Shown in pieces: positions 17,401 through 35,400 of a stretch of 64,000 nt of DNA. The position numbers were made by a program, and so were the translations under genes. The notes under the pieces are model-generated. The model saw nothing but the letters and a program-made list of their open reading frames with translations, was not told where the DNA came from and searched no databases. Source of the DNA: Eledone cirrhosa (Eukaryota); contig OZ024741.1 of the NCBI GenBank assembly GCA_964016885.1, positions 62,001-126,000 of the forward strand, given 5' to 3'. Position 1 is the stretch's first letter; each line of letters starts with the position of its first letter.

Positions 17401-20400
17401 TCAACAACAACAATAACATCAACAACAACAATAACACCAACAATAACACCAACACCAACAACAACAATAACACCAACACCAACAATAACACCAACACCAA
17501 CAATAACACCAACAATAACACCAACACCAACAATAACATCAACAACAACAATAACATCAACAACAACAATAACAGCAACACCAACAATAACACCAACACC
17601 AACAATAACACCAACACCAACAATAACACCAACACCAACAATAACACCAACAACAACAATAACACCAACAACAACAATAACACCAACACCAACGATAACA
17701 CCAACAACAACAATAACACCAACAACAACAATAACACCAACACCAACAATAACACCAACAACAACAATAACACCAACACCAACAATAACACCAACGCCAA
17801 CAATAACACCAACAACAACAATAACACCAACACCAACAATAACACCAACACCAACAATAACACCAACACCAACAATAACACCAACACCAACAATAACACC
17901 AACGCCAACAATAACACCAACAACAACAATAAAACCAACACCAACAATAACACCAACACCAACAATAACACCAACACCAACAATAACACCGACAACAACA
18001 ATAACACCAACACCAACAATAACACCAACACCAACAATAACACCAACGCCAACAATAACACCAACACCAACAATAACACCAACAATAACACCAACACCAA
18101 CAATAACACCGACAACAACAATAACACCGACAACAACAATAACACCAACACCAACAATAACACCAACAATAACACCAACAACAACAATAACACCAACAAC
18201 AAAAATAACATCAACGCCAACAATAACACCAACACCAACAATAACACCAACACCAACAATAACACCAACAACAACAATAACACCAACAACAACAGTGACA
18301 CCAACACCAACAATAACACCAACACCAACAATAACACCAACAACAACAATAACACCAACAACAACAATAACACCAACAACAACAATAACACCAACAACAA
18401 CAATAACACCAACAATAACACCAACAACAACAATAACATCAACAACAACAATAACAACAACACCAACAATAACACCAACAACAACAATAACATCAACAAC
18501 AACAATTACACCAACACCAACAATAACACCAACAACAACAATAACACCAACAACAACAATAACACCAACAACAACAATAACACCAACAATAACACCAACA
18601 ACAACAACAACATCAACAACAACAATAACAGCAACACCAACAATTACACCAACAACAACAATAACACCAACACCAACAATAACACCAACACCAACAATAA
18701 CACCAACAACAACAATAACACCAACAACAACAATAACATCAACAACAACAATAACAGCAACACCAACAATAACACCAACAACAACAATAACATCAACAAC
18801 AACAATAACACCAACACCAACAATAACACCAACAGCAACAATAACACCAACAACAACAATAACACCAACAACAACAATAACACCAACAATAACACCAACA
18901 ACAACAATAACATCAACAACAACAATAACAGCAACACCAACAATAACACCAACAACAACAATAACATCAACAACAACAATAACACCAACACCAACAATAA
19001 CACCAACAATAACACCAACAACAACAATAACACCAACACCAACAATAACACCAACACCAACAATAACACCAACAACAACAATAACATCAACAACAACAAT
19101 AACACCAACACCAACAATAACACCAACAACAACAATAACACCAACACCAACAATAACACCAACACCAACAATAACACCAACAACAACAATAACACCAACA
19201 ACAACAATAACACCAACAACAACAATAACATCAACAACAACAATAACATCAACAACAACAATAACACCAACAATAACACCAACACCAACAACAACAATAA
19301 CACCAACACCAACAATAACACCAACACCAACAATAACACCAACAATAACACCAACACCAACAATAACATCAACAACAACAATAACATCAACAACAACAAT
19401 AACAGCAACACCAACAATAACACCAACACCAACAATAACACCAACACCAACAATAACACCAACACCAACAATAACACCAACAACAACAATAACACCAACA
19501 ACAACAATAACACCAACACCAACGATAACACCAACAACAACAATAACACCAACAACAACAATAACACCAACACCAACAATAACACCAACAACAACAATAA
19601 CACCAACACCAACAATAACACCAACGCCAACAATAACACCAACAACAACAATAACACCAACACCAACAATAACACCAACACCAACAATAACACCAACACC
19701 AACAATAACACCAACGCCAACAATAACACCAACAACAACAATAAAACCAACACCAACAATAACACCAACACCAACAATAACACCAACACCAACAATAACA
19801 CCGACAACAACAATAACACCAACACCAACAATAACACCAACACCAACAATAACACCAACGCCAACAATAACACCAACACCAACAATAACACCAACAATAA
19901 CACCAACACCAACAATAACACCGACAACAACAATAACACCGACAACAACAATAACACCAACACCAACAATAACACCAACAATAACACCAACAACAACAAT
20001 AACACCAACAACAAAAATAACATCAACGCCAACAATAACACCAACACCAACAATAACACCAACACCAACAATAACACCAACAACAACAATAACACCAACA
20101 ACAACAGTGACACCAACACCAACAATAACACCAACACCAACAATAACACCAACAACAACAATAACACCAACAACAACAATAACACCAACAATAACACCAA
20201 CAACAACAATAACACCAACACCAACAATAACACCAACACCAACAATAACACCAACAACAACAATAGCACCAACAACAACAATAACATCAACAACAACAAT
20301 AACATCAACAAAAACAATAACATCAACAACAACACCAACACCAACAATAACACCAACATCAACAATAACACCAACACCAACAATAACACCAACAACAACA

Positions 20401-23400
20401 ATAACACCAACACCAACAATAACACCAACAACAACAATAACACCAACAACAACAATAACACCAACAATAACACCAACAACAACAATAACATCAACAACAA
20501 CAATAACAGCAACACCAACAATAACACCAACAACAACAATAACATCAACAACAACAATAACACCAACAACAACAATAACAACAACAATAACACCAACAAC
20601 AACCATAACACCAACAACAACAATAACACCAACAACAACAATAACACCAACAATAACACCAACAACAACAATAACACCAACAACAACAATAACACCAACA
20701 ACAACAATAACACCAACAATAACACCAACACCAACAATAACACCAACAACAACAATAACACCAACAACAACAATAACATCAACAACAACAATAACATCAA
20801 CAACAACAATAACATCAACAACAACACCAACACCAACAATAACACCAACAACAACAATAACACCAACACCAACAATAACACCAACAACAACAATAACACC
20901 AACAACAACAATAACACCAACAATAACACCAACAACAACAATAACATCAACAACAACAATAACAGCAACACCAACAATAACACCAACAACAACAATAACA
21001 TCAAAAACAACAATAACATCAACAACAACAATAACATCAACAACAACACCAACACCAACAATAACACCAACAACAACAATAACACCAACACCAACAATAA
21101 CACCAACAACAACAATAACACCAACAACAACAATAACACCAACAATAACACCAACAACAACAATAACATCAACAACAACAATAACAGCAACACCAACAAT
21201 AACACCAACAACAACAATAGCACCAACAATAACACCAACACCAACAATAACACCAACAACAACAATAACACCAACAACAACAATAACACCAACAACAACA
21301 ATAACACCAACAACAACAATAACACCAACAATAACACCAACAACAACAATAACATCAACAACAACAATAACAGCAACACCAACAATAACACCAACAACAA
21401 CAATAACATCAACAACAACAATAACACCAACACCAACAATAACACCAACAACAACAATAACACCAACAACAACAATAACACCAACAACAACAATAACACC
21501 AACAATAACACCAACAACAACAATAACATCAACAACAACAATAACAGCAACACCAACAATTACACCAACAACAACAATAACACCAACACCAACAATAACA
21601 CCAACACCAACAATAACACCAACAACAACAATAACACCAACAACAACAATAGCATCAACAACAACAATAACAGCAACACCAACAATAACACCAACAACAA
21701 CAATAACATCAACAACAACAATAACACCAACACCAACAATAACACCAACAGCAACAATAACACCAACAACAACAATAACACCAACAACAACAATAACACC
21801 AACAATAACACCAACGACAACAATAACATCAACAACAACAATAACAGCAACACCAACAATAACACCAACAACAACAATAACATCAACAACAACAATAACA
21901 CCAACACCAACAATAACACCAACAATAACACCAACAACAACAATAACACCAACACCAACAATAACACCAACACCAACAATAACACCAACAACAACAATAA
22001 CATCAACAACAACAATAACACCAACACCAACAATAACACCAACAACAACAATAACACCAACACCAACAATAACACCAACACCAACAATAACACCAACAAA
22101 AACAATAACACCAACAACAACAATAACACCAACAACAACAATAACATCAACAACAACAATAACATCAACAACAACAATAACACCAACAATAACACCAACA
22201 CCAACAACAACAATAACACCAACACCAACAATAACACCAACACCAACAATAACACCAACAATAACACCAACACCAACAATAACATCAACAACAACAATAA
22301 CATCAACAACAACAATAACAGCAACACCAACAATAACACCAACACCAACAATAACACCAACACCAACAATAACACCAACACCAACAATAACACCAACAAC
22401 AACAATAACACCAACACCAACGATAACACCAACAACAACAATAACACCAACAACAACAATAACACCAACACCAACAATAACACCAACAACAACAATAACA
22501 CCAACACCAACAATAACACCAACGCCAACAATAACACCAACAACAACAATAACACCAACACCAACAATAACACCAACACCAACAATAACACCAACACCAA
22601 CAATAACACCAACACCAACAATAACACCAACGCCAACAATAACACCAACAACAACAATAAAACCAACACCAACAATAACACCAACACCAACAATAACACC
22701 AACACCAACAATAACACCAACACCAACAATAACACCAACACCAACAATAAGACCGACAACAACAATAACACCAACACCAACAATAACACCAACACCAACA
22801 ATAACACCAACGCCAACAATAACACCAACACCAACAATAACACCAACAATAACACCAACACCAACAATAACACCGACAACAACAATAACACCGACAACAA
22901 CAATAACACCAACACCAACAATAACACCAACAATAACACCAACAACAACAATAACACCAACAACAAAAATAACATCAACGCCAACAATAACACCAACACC
23001 AACAATAACACCAACAGCAACAATAACACCAACAACAACAATAACACCAACAACAACAATAACATCAACAACAATAACACCAACAATAACACCAACACCA
23101 ACAATAACACCAACACCAACAATAACACCAACAACAACAATAACACCAACAACAACAGTGACACCAACACCAACAATAACACCAACACCAACAATAACAC
23201 CAACAACAACAATAACACCAACAACAACAATAACACCAACAATAACACCAACAACAACAATAACACCAACACCAACAATAACACCAACACCAACAATAAC
23301 ACCAACAACAACAATAACACCAACAACAACAATAACATCAACAACAACAATAACATCAACAAAAACAATAACATCAACAACAACACCAACACAAACAATA

Positions 23401-26400
23401 ACACCAACAACAACAATAACACCAACACCAACAATAACACCAACAACAACAATAACACCAACACCAACAATAACACCAACAACAACAATAACACCAACAA
23501 CAACAATAACACCAACAATAACACCAACAACAACAATAACATCAACAACAACAATAACAGCAACACCAACAATAACACCAACAACAACAATAACATCAAC
23601 AACAACAATAACACCAACAACAACAATAACACCAACACCAACAATAACACCAACACCAACAATAACACCAACACCAACAATAACACCGACAACAACAATA
23701 ACACCGACAACAACAATAACACCAACACCAACAATAACACCAACAATAACACCAACAACAACAATAACACCAACAACAAAAATAACATCAACGCCAACAA
23801 TAACACCAACACCAACAATAACACCAACAGCAACAATAACACCAACAACAACAATAACACCAACAACAACAATAACATCAACAACAATAACACCAACAAT
23901 AACACCAACACCAAAAATAACACCAACACCAACAATAACACCAACAACAACAATAACACCAACAACAACAGTGACACCAACACCAACAATAACACCAACA
24001 CCAACAATAACACCAACAACAACAATAACACCAACAACAACAATAACACCAACAATAACACCAACAACAACAATAACACCAACACCAACAATAACACCAA
24101 CACCAACAATAACACCAACAACAACAATAACATCAACAACAACAATAACATCAACAAAAACAATAACATCAACAACAACACCAACACCAACAATAACACC
24201 AACAACAACAATAACACCAACACCAACAATAACACCAACAACAACAATAACACCAACACCAACAATAACACCAACAACAACAATAACACCAACAACAACA
24301 ATAACACCAACAATAACACCAACAACAACAATAACATCAACAACAACAATAACAGCAACACCAACAATAACACCAACAACAACAATAACATCAACAACAA
24401 CAATAACACCAACACCAACAATAACACCAACAATAACACCAACAACAACCATAACACCAACAACAACAATAACACCAACAACAACAATAACACCAACAAT
24501 AACACCAACAACAACAATAACACCAACAACAACAATAACACCAACAACAACAATAACACCAACAATAACACCAACACCAACAATAACACCAACAACAACA
24601 ATAACACCAACAACAACAATAACATCAACAACAACAATAACATCAACAACAACAATAACATCAACAACAACACCAACACCAACAATAACACCAACAACAA
24701 CAATAACACCAACACCAACAATAACACCAACAACAACAATAACACCAACAGCAACAATAACACCAACAACAACAATAACATCAACAACAACAATAACATC
24801 AACAAAAACAATAACATCAACAACAACACCAACACAAACAATAACACCAACAACAACAATAACACCGACACCAACAATAACACCAACACCAACAATAACA
24901 CCAACACCAACAATAACACCAACACCAACAATAAGACCGACAACAACAATAACACCAACACCAACAATAACACCAACACCAACAATAACACCAACGCCAA
25001 CAATAACACCAACACCAACAATAACACCAACAATAACACCAACACCAACAATAACACCGACAACAACAATAACACCGACAACAACAATAACACCAACACC
25101 AACAATAACACCAACAATAACACCAACAACAACAATAACACCAACAACAAAAATAACATCAACGCCAACAATAACACCAACACCAACAATAACACCAACA
25201 GCAACAATAACACCAACAACAACAATAACACCAACAACAACAATAACATCAACAACAATAACACCAACAATAACACCAACACCAACAATAACACCAACAC
25301 CAACAATAACACCAACAACAACAATAACACCAACAACAACAGTGACACCAACACCAACAATAACACCAACACCAACAATAACACCAACAACAACAATAAC
25401 ACCAACAACAACAATAACACCAACAATAACACCAACAACAACAATAACACCAACACCAACAATAACACCAACACCAACAATAACACCAACAACAACAATA
25501 ACACCAACAACAACAATAACATCAACAACAACAATAACATCAACAAAAACAATAACATCAACAACAACACCAACACAAACAATAACACCAACAACAACAA
25601 TAACACCAACACCAACAATAACACCAACAACAACAATAACACCAACACCAACAATAACACCAACAACAACAATAACACCAACAACAACAATAACACCAAC
25701 AATAACACCAACAACAACAATAACATCAACAACAACAATAACAGCAACACCAACAATAACACCAACAACAACAATAACATCAACAACAACAATAACACCA
25801 ACAACAACAATAACACCAACACCAACAATAACACCAACACCAACAATAACACCAACACCAACAATAACACCGACAACAACAATAACACCGACAACAACAA
25901 TAACACCAACACCAACAATAACACCAACAATAACACCAACAACAACAATAACACCAACAACAAAAATAACATCAACGCCAACAATAACACCAACACCAAC
26001 AATAACACCAACAGCAACAATAACACCAACAACAACAATAACACCAACAACAACAATAACATCAACAACAATAACACCAACAATAACACCAACACCAACA
26101 ATAACACCAACACCAACAATAACACCAACAACAACAATAACACCAACAACAACAGTGATACCAACACCAACAATAACACCAACACCAACAATAACACCAA
26201 CAACAACAATAACACCAACAACAACAATAACACCAACAATAACACCAACAACAACAATAACACCAACACCAACAATAACACCAACACCAACAATAACACC
26301 AACAACAACAATAACATCAACAACAACAATAACATCAACAAAAACAATAACATCAACAACAACACCAACACCAACAATAACACCAACAACAACAATAACA

Positions 26401-29400
26401 CCAACACCAACAATAACACCAACAACAACAATAACACCAACACCAACAATAACACCAACAACAACAATAACACCAACAACAACAATAACACCAACAATAA
26501 CACCAACAACAACAATAACATCAACAACAACAATAACAGCAACACCAACAATAACACCAACAACAACAATAACATCAACAACAACAATAACACCAACACC
26601 AACAATAACACCAACAATAACACCAACAACAACCATAACACCAACAACAACAATAACACCAACAACAACAATAACACCAACAATAACACCAACAACAACA
26701 ATAACACCAACAACAACAATAACACCAACAACAACAATAACACCAACAATAACACCAACACCAACAATAACACCAACAACAACAATAACACCAACAACAA
26801 CAATAACATCAACAACAACAATAACATCAACAACAACAATAACATCAACAACAACACCAACACCAACAATAACACCAACAACAACAATAACACCAACACC
26901 AACAATAACACCAACAACAACAATAACACCAACAGCAACAATAACACCAACAATAGCACCAACAACAACAATAACATCAACAACAACAATAACAGCAACA
27001 CCAACAATAACACCAACAACAACAATAACATCAACAACAACAATAACATCAACAACAACAATAACATCAACAACAACACCAACACCAACAATAACACCAA
27101 CAACAACAATAACACCAACACCAACAATAACACCAACAACAACAATAATACCAACAACAACAATAACACCAACAATAACACCAACAACAACAATAACATC
27201 AACAACAACAATAACAGCAACACCAACAATAACACCAACAACAACAATAACACCAACAATAACACCAACACCAACAATAACACCAACAACAACAATAACA
27301 CCAACAACAACAATAACACCAACAACAACAATAACACCAACAACAACAATAACACCAACAATAACACCAACAACAACAATAACATCAACAACAACAATAA
27401 CAGCAACACCAACAATAACACCAACAACAACAATAACATCAACAACAACAATTACACCAACACCAACAATAACACCAACAACAACAATAACACCAACAAC
27501 AACAATAACACCAACAACAACAATAACACCAACAATAACACCAACAACAACAATAACATCAACAACAACAATAACAGCAACACCAACAATTACACCAACA
27601 ACAACAATAACACCAACACCAACAATAACACCAACACCAACAATAACACCAACAACAACAATAACACCAACAACAACAATAACATCAACAACAACAATAA
27701 CAGCAACACCAACAATAACACCAACAACAACAATAACATCAACAACAACAATAACACCAACACCAACAATAACACCAACAGCAACAATAACACCAACAAC
27801 AACAATAACACCAACAACAACAATAACACCAACAATAACACCAACAACAACAATAACATCAACAACAACAATAACAGCAACACCAACAATAACACCAACA
27901 ACAACAATAACATCAACAACAACAATAACACCAACACCAACAATAACACCAACAATAACACCAACAACAACAATAACACCAACACCAACAATAACACCAA
28001 CACCAACAATAACACCAACAACAACAATAACATCAACAACAACAATAACACCAACACCAACAATAACACCAACAACAACAATAACACCAACACCAACAAT
28101 AACACCAACACCAACAATAACACCAACAACAACAATAACACCAACAACAACAATAACACCAACAACAACAATAACATCAACAACAACAATAACATCAACA
28201 ACAACAATAACACCAACACCAACAACAACAATAACACCAACACCAACAATAACACCAACACCAACAATAACACCAACAATAACACCAACACCAACAATAA
28301 CATCAACAACAACAATAACATCAACAACAACAATAACAGCAACACCAACAATAACACCAACACCAACAATAACACCAACACCAACAATAACACCAACACC
28401 AACAATAACACCAACAACAACAATAACACCAACAACAACAATAACACCAACACCAACGATAACACCAACAACAACAATAACACCAACAACAACAATAACA
28501 CCAACACCAACAATAACACCAACAACAACAATAACACCAACACCAACAATAACACCAACGCCAACAATAACACCAACAACAACAATAACACCAACACCAA
28601 CAATAACACCAACACCAACAATAACACCAACACCAACAATAACACCAACACCAACAATAACACCAACGCCAACAATAACACCAACAACAACAATAAAACC
28701 AACACCAACAATAACACCAACACCAACAATAACACCAACACCAACAATAACACCGACAACAACAATAACACCAACACCAACAATAACACCAACACCAACA
28801 ATAACACCAACGCCAACAATAACACCAACACCAACAATAACACCAACAATAACACCAACACCAACAATAACACCGACAACAACAATAACACCGACAACAA
28901 CAATAACACCAACACCAACAATAACACCAACAATAACACCAACAACAACAATAACACCAACAACAAAAATAACATCAACGCCAACAATAACACCAACACC
29001 AACAATAACACCTACAGCAACAATAACACCAACAACAACAATAACACCAACAACAACAATAACATCAACAACAATAACACCAACAATAACACCAACACCA
29101 ACAATAACACCAACACCAACAATAACACCAACAACAACAATAACACCAACAACAACAGTGACACCAACACCAACAATAACACCTACACCAACAATAACAC
29201 CAACAACAACAATAACACCAACAACAACAATAACACCAACAATAACACCAACAACAACAATAACACCAACACCAACAATAACACCAACACCAACAATAAC
29301 ACCAACAACAACAATAGCACCAACAACAACAATAACATCAACAACAACAATAACATCAACAAAAACAATAACATCAACAACAACACCAACACCAACAATA

Positions 29401-32400
29401 ACACCAACAACAACAATAACACCAACACCAACAATAACACCAACAACAACAATAACACCAACACCAACAATAACACCAACAACAACAATAACACCAACAA
29501 CAACAATAACACCAACAATAACACCAACAACAACAATAACATCAACAACAACAATAACAGCAACACCAACAATAACACCAACAACAACAATAACATCAAC
29601 AACAACAATAACACCAACACCAACAATAACACCAACAATAACACCAACAACAACCATAACACCAACAACAACAATAACACCAACAACAACAATAACACCA
29701 ACAATAACACCAACAACAACAATAACACCAACAACAACAATAACACCAACAACAACAATAACACCAACAATAACACCAACACCAACAATAACACCAACAA
29801 CAACAATAACACCAACAACAACAATAACATCAACAACAACAATAACATCAACAACAACAATAACATCAACAACAACACCAACACCAACAATAACACCGAC
29901 AACAACAATAACACCAACACCAACAATAACACCAACAACAACAATAACACCAACAACAACAATAACACCAACAATAACACCAACAACAACAATAACATCA
30001 ACAACAACAATAACAGCAACACCAACAATAACACCAACAACAACAATAACATCAAAAACAACAATAACATCAACAACAACAATAACATCAACAACAACAC
30101 CAACACCAACAATAACACCAACAACAACAATAACACCAACACCAACAATAACACCAACAACAACAATAACACCAACAACAACAATAACACCAACAATAAC
30201 ACCAACAACAACAATAACATCAACAACAACAATAACAGCAACACCAACAATAACACCAACAACAACAATAGCACCAACAATAACACCAACACCAACAATA
30301 ACACCAACAACAACAATAACACCAACAACAACAATAACACCAACAACAACAATAACACCAACAACAACAATAACACCAACAATAACACCAACAACAACAA
30401 TAACATCAACAACAACAATAACAGCAACACCAACAATAACACCAACAACAACAATAACATCAACAACAACAATAACACCAACACCAACAATAACACCAAC
30501 AACAACAATAACACCAACAACAACAATAACACCAACAACAACAATAACACCAACAATAACACCAACAACAACAATAACATCAACAACAACAATAACAGCA
30601 ACACCAACAATTACACCAACAACAACAATAACACCAACACCAACAATAACACCAACACCAACAATAACACCAACAACAACAATAACACCAACAACAACAA
30701 TAGCATCAACAACAACAATAACAGCAACACCAACAATAACACCAACAACAACAATAACATCAACAACAACAATAACACCAACACCAACAATAACACCAAC
30801 AGCAACAATAACACCAACAACAACAATAACACCAACAACAACAATAACACCAACAATAACACCAACGACAACAATAACATCAACAACAACAATAACAGCA
30901 ACACCAACAATAACACCAACAACAACAATAACATCAACAACAACAATAACACCAACACCAACAATAACACCAACAATAACACCAACAACAACAATAACAC
31001 CAACACCAACAATAACACCAACACCAACAATAACACCAACAACAACAATAACATCAACAACAACAATAACACCAACACCAACAATAACACCAACAACAAC
31101 AATAACACCAACACCAACAATAACACCAACACCAACAATAACACCAACAAAAACAATAACACCAACAACAACAATAACACCAACAACAACAATAACATCA
31201 ACAACAACAATAACATCAACAACAACAATAACACCAACAATAACACCAACACCAACAACAACAATAACACCAACACCAACAATAACACCAACACCAACAA
31301 TAACACCAACAATAACACCAACACCAACAATAACATCAACAACAACAATAACATCAACAACAACAATAACAGCAACACCAACAATAACACCAACACCAAC
31401 AATAACACCAACACCAACAATAACACCAACACCAACAATAACACCAACAACAACAATAACACCAACACCAACGATAACACCAACAACAACAATAACACCA
31501 ACAACAACAATAACACCAACACCAACAATAACACCAACAACAACAATAACACCAACACCAACAATAACACCAACGCCAACAATAACACCAACAACAACAA
31601 TAACACCAACACCAACAATAACACCAACACCAACAATAACACCAACACCAACAATAACACCAACACCAACAATAACACCAACGCCAACAATAACACCAAC
31701 AACAACAATAAAACCAACACCAACAATAACACCAACACCAACAATAACACCAACACCAACAATAACACCAACACCAACAATAACACCAACACCAACAATA
31801 ACACCGACAACAACAATAACACCAACACCAACAATAACACCAACACCAACAATAACACCAACGCCAACAATAACACCAACACCAACAATAACACCAACAA
31901 TAACACCAACACCAACAATAACACCGACAACAACAATAATACCGACAACAACAATAACACCAACACCAACAATAACACCAACAATAACACCAACAACAAC
32001 AATAACACCAACAACAAAAATAACATCAACGCCAACAATAACACCAACACCAACAATAACACCAACAGCAACAATAACACCAACAACAACAATAACACCA
32101 ACAACAACAATAACATCAACAACAATAACACCAACAATAACACCAACACCAACAATAACACCAACACCAACAATAACACCAACAACAACAATAACACCAA
32201 CAACAACAGTGACACCAACACCAACAATAACACCAACACCAACAATAACACCAACAACAACAATAACACCAACAACAACAATAACACCAACAATAACACC
32301 AACAACAACAATAACACCAACACCAACAATAACACCAACACCAACAATAACACCAACAACAACAATAACACCAACAACAACAATAACATCAACAACAACA

Positions 32401-35400
32401 ATAACATCAACAAAAACAATAACATCAACAACAACACCAACACCAACAATAACACCAACAACAACAATAACACCAACACCAACAATAACACCAACAACAA
32501 CAATAACACCAACACCAACAATAACACCAACAACAACAATAACACCAACAACAACAATAACACCAACAATAACACCAACAACAACAATAACATCAACAAC
32601 AACAATAACAGCAACACCAACAATAACACCAACAACAACAATAACATCAACAACAACAATAACACCAACACCAACAATAACACCAACAATAACACCAACA
32701 ACAACCATAACACCAACAACAACAATAACACCAACAACAACAATAACACCAACAATAACACCAACAACAACAATAACACCAACAACAACAATAACACCAA
32801 CAACAACAATAACACCAACAATAACACCAACACCAACAATAACACCAACAACAACAATAACACCAACAACAACAATAACATCAACAACAACAATAACATC
32901 AACAACAACAATAACATCAACAACAACACCAACACCAACAATAACACCAACAACAACAATAACACCAACAACAACAATAACACCAACACCAACAATAACA
33001 CCAACAACAACAATAACACCAGCAACAACAATAACATCAACAACAACAATAACATCAACAACAACAATAACATCAACAACAAAACCAACACCAACAATAA
33101 CACCAACAACAACAATAACACCAACAACAACAATAACACCAACAACAACAATAACACCAACAATAACACCAACAACAACAATAACATCAACAACAACAAT
33201 AACAGCAACACCAACAATAACACCAACAACAACAATAACATCAACAACAACAATAACATCAACAACAACAATAACATCAACAACAACACCAACACCAACA
33301 ATAACACCAACAACAACAATAACACCAACACCAACAATAACACCAACAACAACAATAACACCAACAACAACAATAACACCAACAATAACACCAACAACAA
33401 CAATAACATCAACAACAACAATAACAGCAACACCAACAATAACACCAACAACAACAATAACACCAACAACAACAATAACACCAACAATAACACCAACAAC
33501 AACAATAACATCAACAACAACAATAACAGCAACACCAACAATAACACCAACAACAACAATAACATCAACAACAACAATAAAACCAACACCAACAATAACA
33601 CCAACAATAACACCAACAACAACAATAACACCACCAATAACACCAACACCAACAATAACACCAACAACAACAATAACACCAACAACAACAATAACACCAA
33701 CAACAACAATAACACCAACAACAACAATAACACCAACAATAACACCAACAACAACAATAACTTCAACAACAACAATAACAGCAACACCAACAATAACACC
33801 AACAACAACAATAACATCAACAACAACAATAACACCAACACCAACAATAACACCAACAACAACAATAACACCAACAACAACAATAACACCAACAACAACA
33901 ATAACACCAACAACAACAATAACAGCAACAATAACACCAACAACAACAATAACATCAACAACAACAATAACAGCAACACCAACAATAACACCAACAACAA
34001 CAATAACATCAACAACAACAATAACACCAACACCAACAATAACACCAACAACAACAATAACACCAACAACAACAATAACACCAACAACAACAATAACACC
34101 AACAACAACAATAACACCAAAAATACCAGCAACAACAACAATAACATCAACAACAACAATAACAGCAACACCAACAATAACACCAACAACAACAATAACA
34201 TCAACAACAACAATAACACCAACACCAACAATAACACCAACAACAACAATAACACCAACAACAACACCAACAACAACAATAACACCAACAATAACACCAA
34301 CAACAACAATAACACCAACAACAACAATAACATCAACAACAACAATAACACCAACACCAACAATAACACCAACAACAACAATAACACCAACAACAACAAT
34401 AACACCAACAACAACAATAACACCAACAACAACAATAACACCAACAATAACACCAACAACAACAATAACATCAACAACAACAATAACAGCAACACCAACA
34501 ATAACACCAACAACAACAATAACATCAACAACAACAATAACACCAACAATAACACCAACAACAACAATAACATCAACACCAACAATAACAGCAACACCAA
34601 CAATAACACCAACAATAACAATAACATCAACAACAACAATAACACCAACACCAACAATAACACCAACAATAACACCAACAACAACAATAACATCAACAAC
34701 AACATTAACAGCAACACCAACAATAACACCAACAACAACAATAACACCAACACCAACAATAACACCAACAATAACACCAACAACAACAATAACATCAACA
34801 ACAACAATAACAGCAACACCAACAATAACACCAACAACAACAATAACGTCAACAACAACAATAACACCAACACCAACAATAACACCATCAATAACACCAA
34901 CAACAACAATAACACCAACAATAACACCAACACAAACAATAACACCAACAACAACAATAACACCAACAACAACAATAACACCAACAACAACAATAACACC
35001 AACAATAACACCAACAACAACAATAACATCAACAACAACAATAACAGCAACACCAACAATAACACCAACAACAACAATAACATCAACAACAACAATAACA
35101 CCAACACCAACAATAACACCAACTACAACAATAACACCAAAAACAACAATAACTCCAACAACAACAATAACACCAACAATAACACCAACAACAACAATAA
35201 CATCAACAACAACAATAACAGCAACACCAACAATTACACCAACAACAACAATAACACCAACACCAACAATAACACCAACACCAACAATAACACCAACAAC
35301 AACAATAACACCAACAACAACAATAACATCAACAACAACAATAACAGCAACACCAACAATAACACCAACAACAACGATAACACCAACAACAACAATAACA